This document shows positions 26,001-40,710 of a stretch of DNA of 64,000 bases, piece after piece. Both the position numbers and the translations under genes were made by a program. Location: positions 3,224,001 to 3,288,000 of the forward strand of contig CDLV01000004.1 in assembly GCA_001244265.2 (NCBI GenBank), written 5' to 3'. The notes under the pieces were generated by a model. It saw only the letters and a list, made by a program, of their open reading frames with translations. It was not told the DNA's origin and did not search any database. The first letter of the stretch is position 1; each line of letters starts with the position of its first letter. This stretch comes from Microbotryum violaceum. Its lineage: Eukaryota.

Positions 26001-27518
26001 AACCAACTTCAACGAATCGACACCTTGTTGTACCTCATGGTCTATCCTCAAACGCCGATGTGTCGCACGCGTACGATTGAGTTGGTTGGCTACGACCGCT
26101 TACCCGCCGGTCAGAACGCCATGGTCGCGGTCATGAGTTTCTCCGGATACGATATCGAGGATGCTTTGATTTTGAATCGGGCAAGCTTGGATCGTGGGTT
26201 TGGGAGGTGTCAGGTCTTCCGAAAGTACTCGACTTTGATCAAGCGGTATCCTAATGGATTGTGAGTCGCTTCGAGCAGGGGGTGGGGGGGAAGTCATTTC
26301 TGAATGCTGACCGCCGGCTACCCACAGGTACGATCGACTTGCCGATCCTCCGAAAGAGACGGATGGCACGGTCATGGCTCGTTACAATGCGCTCGACAAC
26401 GATGGTCTCGCCCACGTCGGCGAACAGGTCGAGAACGGGCAGATTTACATCAACAAGCAAACGCCCTCTGGAGCCAACGACAACAACGTGCAGACGGTCG
26501 CCAACTCGACCGCAGCGGGTGCGCAAACGTGGAAGAACACGGGTCTGACGTACCGAGGTCCGATCCCGGGCTACATCGACAAGGTCTTGTTGACCGATAC
26601 CGATCAGGACACGACGTTGGTCAAAGTGTTGATTCGACAGACTCGACGACCCGAATTGGGGGACAAATTCTCGTCCCGTCACGGGCAGAAAGGAGTTTGT
26701 GGGTTGATCGTGCCGCAGGAGGACATGCCCTTCAACGACGCCGGTATTTGCCCCGACATCATCATGAACCCTCACGGTTTCCCATCGCGTATGACGGTCG
26801 GCAAGATGTTGGAACTGTTGTCGGGCAAAGCCGGTGTGTTGAAGGGCAAGTTCGAGTACGGTACCGCATTCGGAGGTAGCAAGGCCGAGGACATGTCCAA
26901 GGTCTTGATTGAGGCGGGCTACTCGTACGCCGGTAAGGATTACTTGACTTCAGGTATCACCGGTCAGCCGTTGGAGAGTTATGTCTTTATGGGTCCTATC
27001 TACTACCAAAAACTCAAGGTGGGTCCTGTGCTCGATCTTAGTGGCAGTCGCAGCAAATTAACTAAAGGAACTCGCTTTCTAACAATCTACAGCACATGGT
27101 TGTCGACAAGTACCACGCACGAGCCAAGGGACCTCGAGCGGTCCTGACGCGTCAACCGACCGAAGGTCGATCGCGCGACGGTGGTCTTCGTCTCGGAGAA
27201 ATGGAACGAGATTGCCTCATAGCCCACGGTGCTTCGCAACTCTTGCTCGAACGTCTGATGATCTCGTCCGATGCGTTCAAGGTTGACGTTTGCCAGGATT
27301 GCGGTTTCATGGGTTACAATGGGTGGTGCATGCGGTGCAAGAGCGCCAAGAAGGTCGTCAAGTTGACGGTGCCATACGCTTGCAAACTCTTGTTCCAGGT
27401 AAGTTGGTGTTGAGGTGTTCTACCCTGTGTCATGCATCCTGACCTCGTGTCGTCGCTTTTACAGGAACTGATGGCCATGAACATCGCGCCTCGCCTCGTC
27501 TTGGAGGACAGCGTGTAG
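23024..27518 (+). CDS. RPC2: RNA polymerase III second-largest subunit; apparent 1-bp frameshift at ~25944
   Basis: [91 protein letters not shown]. Confidence 0.96.
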
Positions 27519-27666
27519 CGACCCTTTCATCTTCTTTGCGCATTGACGACCCCGTCTCTCGAATCTCGCAAAATTCTCCCTTCCCGCATATTCTGTGCGC
27601 GTGTGCAATTGCAACATCTCGACTCTGTCGTACAAACAATGAACTTGATTGTTCGGCGAACATTCT

Positions 27667-28813
27667 TCACGGCGCCTTTGGCTTGTCATCGCGATCTTTC
27701 CTGCGCAACACGTAGAGGTAATAGCAGAAGCCGTCGCCTAGTTCGACGGTCTCCAATTGCCAACCTTCTCGAAGGAGGTACTGCTTCCTGAAATGGGGTT
27801 GACCCCATGTACTATTTGAAGTAAGAGCGTCGAGTCAGACCGAGATCCGCCTGCAAGCTCGAGACTGGGTTACGTACAGGTACAAAAACACCCCGTTCGG
27901 TTTCCTGCTGACAACCTGATCGATTTCATCGTTACAATCTTTGATCACTTGATCGGGTGGATTCCAAGGGTTTCTGATGGAGGTCATCATCGCGTCCATC
28001 GTGCCTGATGAGGGTCTTCTCAGCATTCGGTGGCAATACTGGTTGCTGAAGCATGACAATTTGGAACGCACCTTTGTCGATGCAGACGTCGAAGGATTCG
28101 TCGTCGAAAGGTAATGCTCGGACATCGGCGGTTTGCCCTGCGAATGCAAACCGAGTCCCATCACGGAGCGTCCTGATCAGTTCCCTCAAGTCGGGACAGG
28201 GGTGGTTCTGAACCGACGGCCCAAACCTGATGGGGTCGTTTCGCATGAAAAACCTACATATCATTTCGGGTCTTCTTGTCGAGTTCACATTTTTCATCTT
28301 TTCGATTAATATGGGCGAATAGTCGAGGTTGACGATGGAGTGGTAGCCCTTGTCGTAGAGGTTCGCCGAGAGGACTGCTCGACGGTGAAAGGCGGGGGAC
28401 GATAGGTACATTTGGGATACATCTCTGAGTCGTTGGTATTGACGATGGGCTTACGTGAATTGCCACAGCCCAGCATGCATATTCTAGCGCTTGTATCGGG
28501 TACGAAGCGCTGGACCAGTGGCACGAGGTCGATCGTCTGGAACCAGTCAAAGCTCGCGTTTTCGGCTTCCTGTGAGGTGAAGAAACCGAACGAATGAGCA
28601 ATCAAATGTTTACGTATGGGACTGATAATGATCGGCGCACGTTCGAGTAGCGTTCGTCCCAGTAGGCCTGTGCGCCGTACTGGGCGTTGTGCTGGCGAGA
28701 TCACGTGCGCGGGCGAGGGGTGGGAGAGTCGCGGAGAGTCAGCTGGGCCAGATCATCCGCTTTGCGTGGAGATGCGGGGGGCTGACTTGGGGAAGATTAT
28801 CTATCCGGGTCAT
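27667..28813 (-). CDS. SAM-dependent methyltransferase, EEF1AKMT4/METTL13-N/ECE2-like, multi-exon
   Basis: YGAQAYWDERY, FDWF, ICMLGCGNS (motif I), NLDYS, FDDESFDVCIDKGTMDA, TWGQPHFR. Confidence 0.85.
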
Positions 28814-29143
28814 GCTTTGAAATGAGGCAGGTTGTCGGTGTACGAGAACCAAGCTATACGCGCAGTGCGCACCCGCCGGGGTGAGTCGACCTCGTAGCGG
28901 CCGGGTGGTTCGGCCCTGTTCGGCCTTCGCAAGTGTGTTTGAGCGCTTTGAGCTCCGCAAGGCTCCGCACCTCGACCCCTCCGCACTCCTCCGCACTCGA
29001 CAGCTGACACTCGGCACTTCGCACTTCGCACTTCGCACGCGCCAGTCTCGATACTGTCTCGATCACCGCATCGGCGCATCTAATCAATCAGCCTCCGCTC
29101 AGTCGGTCTCTCACCATCTCCTCAATCGAGTAGGAGCGCAGCC

Positions 29144-31190
29144 ATGACTTTGACCTCGATGCCGAGCGAGCTGATCCTGTCCTCCACCAGCTCCTCCCCC
29201 GCCTCACCTCTGACCACGACCCTGCTCCACTCGATCCAGACCGGCGCCCAGGTCTTCTCCTTCAGATCCCCAAACGCCTCCTCCTCCGCATCGTCCACCA
29301 CCACCTCGACAACAGCCTCAGGGAAACAAGACCCGAATCAATTTGGGTCGAGCTGGGCCTTGTCGGATCGCAAGTCGTTTGGATATGCTCCGGCGTCGAA
29401 TGGAGTCGGTGGCTATCTGATCGGTCTTGGAGGCAAGGATGGCAGGTCGGGAATGAATCTGTGGTCCTTCCACAAGGTAGCTCCAGCACGATGGGAGTTC
29501 GGAAGCTATTCGGATCTGGGTATTGACCCATCACCTATTACCGCTCACTAGGCACAAGTCGTTCAGCGCCTGATCCCCCGATGCGCTTGACAACGATCGC
29601 CGTTGCTCATTCGGGATTGTACTTGGCCGGCGGCACCCTCGACGGTCGCATATTCTTGTGGGAGGTGAGTCGCAGTAGGATCGGATCCAAAAATTTTACA
29701 TAGGTTCGGCTCGTGAGCTAATTCATCACTCCACCCATCCCCTCATCTGGACCACCTCCATCTCGGCCAATTTCGTCGGCTCGTCTCCAGACCTCCTCGG
29801 GTTCACTCCTTCTGACGATCGACGCCCACTATCGAGCCATTTCCGTACTCGAATTCTCTTCCGATGACGCCGCGCTCGTTTCCGGTTCCGAAGACTCGGG
29901 TGTATCAGTCTGGGCCATGGGCAGGCAAGTCGTGCCTTCCTCCTTGCCCCGTCCGTAGCCAGATTGAGCTGACGAGGCTCCATTCTTGTAGATTACTGAA
30001 CGCATCCCCTCGGAACCCACCGACACCTTTCGCCACCCTGTCGGACCATACACTACCCATCACCTCGATCGCGATCGGTTTGGGCTCGTTCCCCAAATGT
30101 CGCATCATGACTGCTTCTCTCGACTCGACCGTCAAGGTCCGTTGCCCCTAGCGATTTAAGCTGCCGGTGGGCTTCTCCTTGCACAATGTTGACACACGAC
30201 TTTCGCATGCACTTTAATCCAGGTTTGGGACATCTCGACCTGCCCCTCGATTCTCCTCGCCACGTTCTCCTTCCCAAGCCCGATCGAACTCCTGGCCTGG
30301 GACCCTCTGGAGCGCTACTTTTTTGCCTCGGGACCGGACCCCGCATCCCCTTCCGAGTCGACCCAATACCGCGTGGTCAAGGTTCCATTGCACCATAATC
30401 CAACGCCGGATTCGGATGGTCTGGCGAGTGCGGTCGAACCTTTGGTTGGGAATGACGAGCATGGGAGGGTGCAGACCGTCGTGGAGCAAAACATCTATTC
30501 AATCTCGTACGTGCCGAGTTTCTTACCTCCTCCGTGCGATCCTATTCGCTGATCGGCGAATTGTTCGCTCCGATCCTCAGTGATCGTATCACAGCACTTT
30601 CGCTATCCTCCTTATCCCCGACCTTGCTCGTCGGAACGTCGACCTCGCAGATCCACCTCTTATCACTGCCGTCGCTGCTCGCGATACGCATCATACTCCC
30701 TCCCCCTTCCACGGCCCCACCATCCGCCATAACCTACCTCACGACCCTCCTCCGTCCCTCGAACCTAGGATCCAACACGTCCACTACGACGAACCCTACT
30801 GAAGGGGCGAGGACGTTGTTCGTGCATGGGTTGGGGAGGAGTATGGTGTTGAATACTACAGGGGGGAGTGGGGGGGAAGAGTTTTTAAAAGGTGGGAGTC
30901 AGGGCAGGGTCGTGGAGATGAGGGTACCGTTGGTTAGGGACGTGGGTGCGTTCGTTCGGATAAAATCGGTTACGTTGAATTCCTACGGAGGCACGCTCGG
31001 CACGCTCGCCTCGCGAGACAAAGTCACGATGGCGACTGGTGTGGATCGGGGTTCGGAAGCGTTGGTCAAGGTGCAAGAGTTGGAGGAGCAGATTGAAAAA
31101 TTGAAGATGCAGTTGGCGAAGGCGGTCAGCTTGAATCAAGGGATGTGGGGTAAGGTCGTACAGGGGAATTTAGGCGGTGGGGAACGATGA
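29144..31190 (+). CDS. IPI3: Pre-rRNA processing WD40 protein Ipi3/WDR18 (Rix1 complex); apparent 1-bp frameshift at ~29577
   Basis: WD repeats GLYLAGGTLDGRIFLWE, LVSGSEDSGVSVW, LSDHTLPITSIAIG..MTASLDSTVKVWD; C-terminal coiled coil LEEQIEKLKMQLAKAVSLNQGMW. Confidence 0.82.
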
Positions 31191-31516
31191 GCGATTGGCA
31201 AAGCAGTGTGGCATTTTGCCCAAAGCAGGATGGTATTTTGCGGGGAGGAACGGGAAGGAGAGACGACTTTGCACAGTAGAGCATTCTCGAGAGGGATACT
31301 TGGAACTTTTTAATGAACATTCAAATCTTTGCAGGAGGGCCAGATCAAGATGTGTACACAATAGCAGGCCGAGCTCCTCGTACCTCATGCGATAGTCTGT
31401 ACAGGAGCAAGCGTCAAGAAACCTTAGGGTCAGTTTCACCGAAAGGCATGGCGATGGTCTGATATATGTAGGTCGTTAATCCGCAATCATCAGACATGCA
31501 AAGAGTATCACTCAAG

Positions 31517-31592
31517 TCACACCCACACACCCACACACAAAAAAAACTGAACCTCCTTTCAGAGCAGCGGTTAGTGTGTGTGTGTGTGTGTA
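31517..31592. repeat. CA-rich tract and (TG)n microsatellite in inverted orientation
   Basis: cacacccacacacccacacaca ... gtgtgtgtgtgtgtgtgt, about 35 nt apart. Confidence 0.6.
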
Positions 31593-31970
31593 GATGTTGT
31601 AATTCAGTCGCAAATTATCCATTAAGTTTTTGTAAAGATCATCAGGTGATTTGATTGCGGTCGTGGTGTGTGGAGAGGGGTGTGGTGGGATCCACGTTAC
31701 GAGACATTAGCAGGAAAAGAGCTCTGTGCAGGGGGACGGACTGACCTGGTGGGTAAAGGAGACGAGCAGCTACGAGTGGCTGGAGGCAAGAGATGCGGTA
31801 AGGAAAGGAGCGTGTATGGGCGTGTATAATGTGTGAACTGAGAAGGTGAAGGTGTGGGTGCAGTGAGGGGCAGGAAGCGGAAGAGATGCGGCGACTGTTT
31901 TCGCAGCCCAACTCGGTCACGGCAGACAATAGCAGGAACTAATAACGATATCTAGCGTGAATCGACGAGC

Positions 31971-31980
31971 TTATTATACT
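31971..31980 (+). promoter_or_regulatory. TATA-like element upstream of the U2-like sequence
   Basis: TTATTATACT about 20-27 nt before the inferred U2 5' end, in an otherwise GC-richer context. Confidence 0.45.
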
Positions 31981-31997
31981 TAGCGGCCTCAGCTCTC

Positions 31998-32186
31998 ACA
32001 CCTTTTCTGGCCTTTTGGCTTAGATCAAGTGTAGTATCTGTTCTTATCAGTTTTGATTACTGATAATTGTTCAACGAACAACATCCAATCAAATCTTATC
32101 TTTCATTGCCAGGGTGTACAGTTCTGGGGCTTGCCCTCCTGCCTCCCAAGATGTCCGTGCTATCTCACTTCCAGCACGGTACGTCA
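31998..32186 (+). ncRNA. U2: U2 spliceosomal snRNA-like sequence (variant or retroelement-associated copy)
   Basis: GGCCTTTTGGCTTAGATCAAGTGTAGTATCTGTTCTTATCAG matches the conserved U2 5' end (branch-pairing GUAGUA at 32031-32036). Stem IIa TTATCAG/CTGATAA, stem IIb TTGTTC/GAACAA, stem III with GCTTGC apex, stem IV CCGTGCT/AGCACGG. Confidence 0.92.
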
Positions 32187-32241
32187 GTGGCGCCATTTTA
32201 GGAAGCGTCGTCGCCGACTTAAAAAAGGAAACTCCTATTGG

Positions 32242-33110
32242 ATGGACAACAACAACAACACCAACAACGCCAGCCATGCTGCTATACCACCTCTTCGCCC
32301 TGACCCTCCCGATCCTCCCGGCCAAGCCCCCGCCACCACCACCAAATCATACTCCGCCGCGGTCGGCGCCCGCTCCGCTGCGAAGCACGGAAACGCCACC
32401 GTTCCGCGGCTCACATCCGTAAGGATTGCCCCGTCGCCCCGGCGTGCAAGTCCTGCGCGAGCACCTCGCACGCCACCCAGCACTGCCCGGCCCGTCATGC
32501 GTCGAGCCCCAGGGACCCCCCACGTCACGTGCCCCGCAAGCCTCCACCGTTACCACCGCCGCCCCCGCCGCCGTGTCCAAGTCGATCTCCCCGGCCTCCG
32601 CCCACGACCGCACGACCAAAGAATGTCGAGTGGAACAGGATCTGGCTGCCCAGACTGAAGATCTGTCCAACAGAGCTCAGCCCGATTCTCTGTCAAAGAA
32701 TGCCCGCCCCGAGTTCTCCTTCAATTTCCCTTGCAAAACTGCCACTCCTCCTGCCCCCCAGCCTGCCTCCAATCAGGGAATTGCCTACTCCCTAGTTGGA
32801 AAATCCTCCGAGTCCCCCAGCTCAGAGACCACCTCTCCATCCCCAAGCCCTCCTCCGGCCACGCCAAAGTCGATCATAACTCGATCCAAGTCGATTGCCG
32901 CCCTCTCCAAGCCAGCCACTCGTGAAGCCCCTCCCACTGCGCCTGCCCTCGAAGCCTCCGAGCCGAGCCCCGAGCCGTCTTTGCCCACGCCGTTGCCCTC
33001 GGCCGCGCCCAAAGCCCAACCCGATGACGCCGACACTGACGACGAGGCCGACGAAGAAGCCAAAGACCAAGAAGCACCTCCTAAGGACGTGGAAGACGCT
33101 ATGGACCAAG

Positions 33111-33127
<17 letters not shown>
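32242..33127 (+). pseudogene. LINE ORF1 (gag-like) with zinc knuckles; internally deleted or frameshifted near 32410
   Basis: N-terminus MDNNN..PPDPP..KSYSAAV. In another frame HIRKDC then CKSCASTSHATQHC (CX2CX4HX4C), followed by a Pro/Ser-rich and acidic tail. Confidence 0.75.
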
Positions 33128-37032
<3,905 letters not shown>

Positions 37033-37253
37033 TGTAAGGCCCGTGCGCCTGACCCTTAGGAGAAGAGACGCGCGCCTGGGCACTCTTAGTCTCTCCTCAG
37101 CAACTAACGTAGAGTGTCCAGGTGAGCCCAAGTGTATCAGAAGGCATTGTCATAGTAGCGACTCACGTAGAGTGTCCAGTGTCAATTCTACATACTTTGG
37201 TTCGTGATCTTATTGTTGTCGCTCCGGTGTGCACTCCTACGGGGTGTATTACA
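37033..37253 (+). mobile_element. LTR family A, copy 1
   Basis: TGTAA...TTACA termini; homologous to 37512-37685 (inverted) and 40518-40710; orientation is relative. Confidence 0.8.
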
Positions 37254-37511
37254 CTGGCATCTTATCTCCTAAGATATCTATCTATATCTCATCTTAACCC
37301 ACTTAGATATCTAGGCATCTATCTAAGATATCTGACTAAGATGGGAGATAGATAAGGGCCAGAGCCTGATTTTTTTAGATAGAGATCTAATATCTGCAAG
37401 TTCATCTTATCTAACGGGGAACCCTGGTAGGATGCTTGCGACGTGGCACAAGGTGAGGGTGGTCAGAGGCTGTCAGGGGCGTCTATTGGCATTTGTTTCA
37501 CTTCCAGCGCC

Positions 37512-37685
37512 TGTAATACACCCCGTTGGAGTGTACACCTGAGCGGCGACGACAAGGATCACAGGACCAAAGTATGTAGAATTGACACTGGACACTCGTA
37601 TCAGTTGCTGGAGAGAGACTAAGAGTGCCCAGGCGCGCGTCCCCTCCTCCTCCTCCTCCTAAGGCCCAGGCGCACGGGCCTTACA
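37512..37685 (-). mobile_element. LTR family A, solo LTR with 5-bp TSD
   Basis: TGTAA...TTACA flanked by GCGCC on both sides (37507-37511, 37686-37690); lacks one internal repeat unit. Confidence 0.88.
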
Positions 37686-38094
37686 GCGCCCTTTATTTAG
37701 TCGACTCTTTCATAGAAGCGCAGCTAGGTAGCGGGGTATGAGTCGAGTTGCAGTATCAGGCATGAAACCCGGCATCCCGTGCTGTGTATTGTTGTTGATG
37801 ATTGGGAGATGGAAGATACAAGGTTTATGCCGAGCTCAGGAGGGCTTGCTGCAGTTGAGGGGAGACCCAAACATAATCCTCCCAAGCAGAGGAGCGCCAG
37901 GAACCAAGTCGTTTGATGACTTCTGCAGGGAAGCCTCTGAGAGCATAGTGAGTGGCGCCGCCCGAGCGCAGAGAGTTGCCGCTGTAGCTTGGTCCAAAGG
38001 TGCAACGCAGGCAGCTGGCAAACCAGGTGCGGGTGTAAGGCTCGGTTGCCTTACGCTACGTGTAACCTAGTCGTGAAGGGCCTGGGGTATTACA

Positions 38095-40517
38095 GCGGGT
38101 GGGTGGGAGCCCCGCCTTCATCACAAACAGGGGTAGGGAAGTTGGGTAGCTTTGATCCCTAGCGTACAGGTAGCGACGCAGAATAGTGATGAAAATTGGG
38201 TCGGTGGTATTGCAAGTGAAGTAGAGGTACGAGCCTTGCCACCGGCAGTCCGCCTTGTGGTATGGTAAGTGGACCGAGAACCCACCGTCCTTCATTTGTA
38301 CGGTATTCCGACATGGGAGCTTGGCCGGGTCGCGGAATCAGATTGTTGATGGTAACGCAAGCTCCGTGCTACGAGCGCAAGAGGCAAAACCCAAGGCGAC
38401 CATTGCCAAGAACAGTAACAAGTCGTAGTCAAGACGAGGGTTAATCACTGCTGTGCGAAGCGCAAAAGCGACTGAGCGGAAACTCAGTGGTTTGGCTTGC
38501 TTCCGAGGGCGTCGCCACAACTTGATGCCGCCCACAATTGTGTTAGTGACTAGTTGCGAGGTGCAAACCCTTTGCCATTCTGTACCAAGCCTTGGGCAAA
38601 AGGTGAACGCAAGGCCTGAGAGCGTTTGGGAGACCAAGGATACCGTCCGATAGCGGTGGCGAATAAAGGCGGAAAGTATCCTCAGTGGGGTCATAGGGTA
38701 GGTGGTGGCCCATACTACGATAGTAGGTGATGAAATCAATCCACTGCCATAGTGCACGAGCATAGTCTGAACGGGTTTTAGGTTCGAGCGCATCGAGGGC
38801 GGTTTCGTCGCGCAGGCGACAAAATTCACCAAGTGGAAGCATGGGCTGCGCTCGACGGCCATGCTCCAGGAGAGGATGGGGCGCAAAAGCAAGAATCTGT
38901 CCGTCCTCTCGTTTGATAGCGGTCATAGCAATGTCCCCTCCAGTCCTGGAATGAAGGGGTCGAATTGCTTGAGGGGATGGAAGCGTTTGAGGAGCTGGTC
39001 TTTGTGCAGCCGAGAGGTGTCATCTGCCAGAGTGTTCTCTTTGCCATGGATGTGGATGACTTTGAGATCGAATTTGCGAAGACGTGCACGGACGTAGGTC
39101 CGAAGGGTGAGAGTGCGAAGGGGCATGTACTCTCTCTGTCTCTGGCCGAGCCCGAGTCAATTGCGTAGACCGCCGGCGCCGAGTCCGTTCACACAAGCAC
39201 TCGGGAAAGTGGCTTGAAAGGGCTATTGGGGTCTGTAACAATGGACAAGGCAAGCACTACCGTCAAGGTCTTGGCAAATTGTATTCATTCATAGGTTTGC
39301 TGCGGTCTGCAGTAGTAGTGATGCACGGTGCCCTTCCACCAAAGCCAGAAGCCCAAGCCCGCTCCCGAACCAGTATTGTTGCTGAGACATGCGTCGGTGT
39401 AGACAACAATATTGGCATCCTTGTGACCCCACCTTGTTAGGCTAGGGGTGTCAAGGGGGAGTGAGGGTGATCCTACAAGCAGTGTAGCCATTGCTGCGAG
39501 CACCGTTGCCACTGAGGTGTTGATGTGTACGCCCGCATCTGAGCGCTTCTTCCCAGCTATCTTGTCGTAGAGCAGAGTCAAGTACGAACAGGCCTGGGGT
39601 GCGACGTTGAGCGCCCAGCTCCGCCAGCCCGTCATTTGGCGCCATTTGCGAAGCGTCGGGTGACGGGTCGGTTCGAGGAGGAAAGCATTGATCTCTGTGA
39701 TGAGGTCTGATATTGACTTTTCGGGGAGAGATACCAAGAATGAGGCCAGGTCACACCAAATGCCTGTGATGGTAATACACCTGCCGTGTGGTGCCTTCTC
39801 TTGTGAAAGTTTGAAGGGTATCTTCAAGCCGCCCCACAGCATTGCCATTGCTGCTTGCTGGGCCGGGATTATGTGAATCGCCCCATTGTGCGCGAAGGGG
39901 ACCATTGATCCTACCAGATCAATCCCGAACGTGTCGTCCATGTATGCGAGAGGGTGCTCGATGCCAAAGGTGTTGTTGGCCGCCCACATTAGAAGTGACA
40001 TGAACCTAGCCCAGAGGAACGGCATTGCTCAGCAGCCAAAGACGCTGCGCCATTCAATGTGGTACCAGGTGTGCACGCTGCTGTTGGGAAATTTTCGCAT
40101 GATCGCTATGCCTTGTTGCGCCTGCCAACGCTTGGACATGACCAAAATTTTGAACACGGAAGAGACGTCGAGCTTCCAGAGGACTGAGTTGTCCGTAAGG
40201 AGCTTTGAGGAGAAATGATGCCAACAAAGCAGGCGAATGAAATTGATGATAGTATCGTACACCATTGGACAATCAGATCGTTGGATCCCATCGTTGAGGC
40301 CGGAGGTGTGATCTGCCACCACACACATCCTATGGTTGGCCAATTTGACTACAAAGATCAAATTGTAGGTGACTCCGGGTAGAGGGAAAGTGGAGCCCGG
40401 GGAGACCCAGCGCTTTTTAACTTCTTTGTCAATGGTTGCTTGAATGAAGTTGCGGTGGTGCTCGCTTTTTGGGAACTGTACGGTGGAGGGATCGTCGCCG
40501 CGAGCATCACTGCCATC
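38095..40517 (-). mobile_element. Degenerate tyrosine-recombinase retrotransposon (DIRS/Ngaro-type), truncated at both ends
   Basis: RT (LWKLDVSSVFK, FGC, AYMDDTFG), RNase H (VVYTDAC, HIHGKENTLADDTSR), then an integrase/YR-like ORF (ALEPKTRSDYARAL, FASCARSTEL, VHLPYHKAD); many stops and frameshifts. Confidence 0.82.
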
Positions 40518-40710
40518 TGTAAGGCCCGTGCGCCTGGGTCTTATGAGAAGGGAGCGCGCGCCTGGACACTCTTAGTCTCCCCTCAGCGACTAACACAAGT
40601 GTCCAGGTGAGCCTATGGTGGATCAGAAGTCATAGTCATTGTAGCGACTAACACGAGTGTCCAGTGTTAATTCCACATACTTTGGTCCTGTGATACTCTC
40701 GTCGTCGCTT
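40518..40710 (+). mobile_element. LTR family A, copy 3 (3'-truncated)
   Basis: TGTAAGGCCCGTGCGCC start, colinear with 37033 until ~40710, where it fuses to Copia integrase sequence. Confidence 0.78.

Noticed and set aside
31517-31540. CACACCCACACACCCACACAC resembling a budding-yeast C1-3A telomere
   Set aside because: Short and internal; the host is a basidiomycete. Better explained as an imperfect CA microsatellite.
37691-38094. Possible additional LTR ending in GGGGTATTACA that truncates the YR ORF
   Set aside because: Only one terminus is evident; no second copy or TSD in the window.
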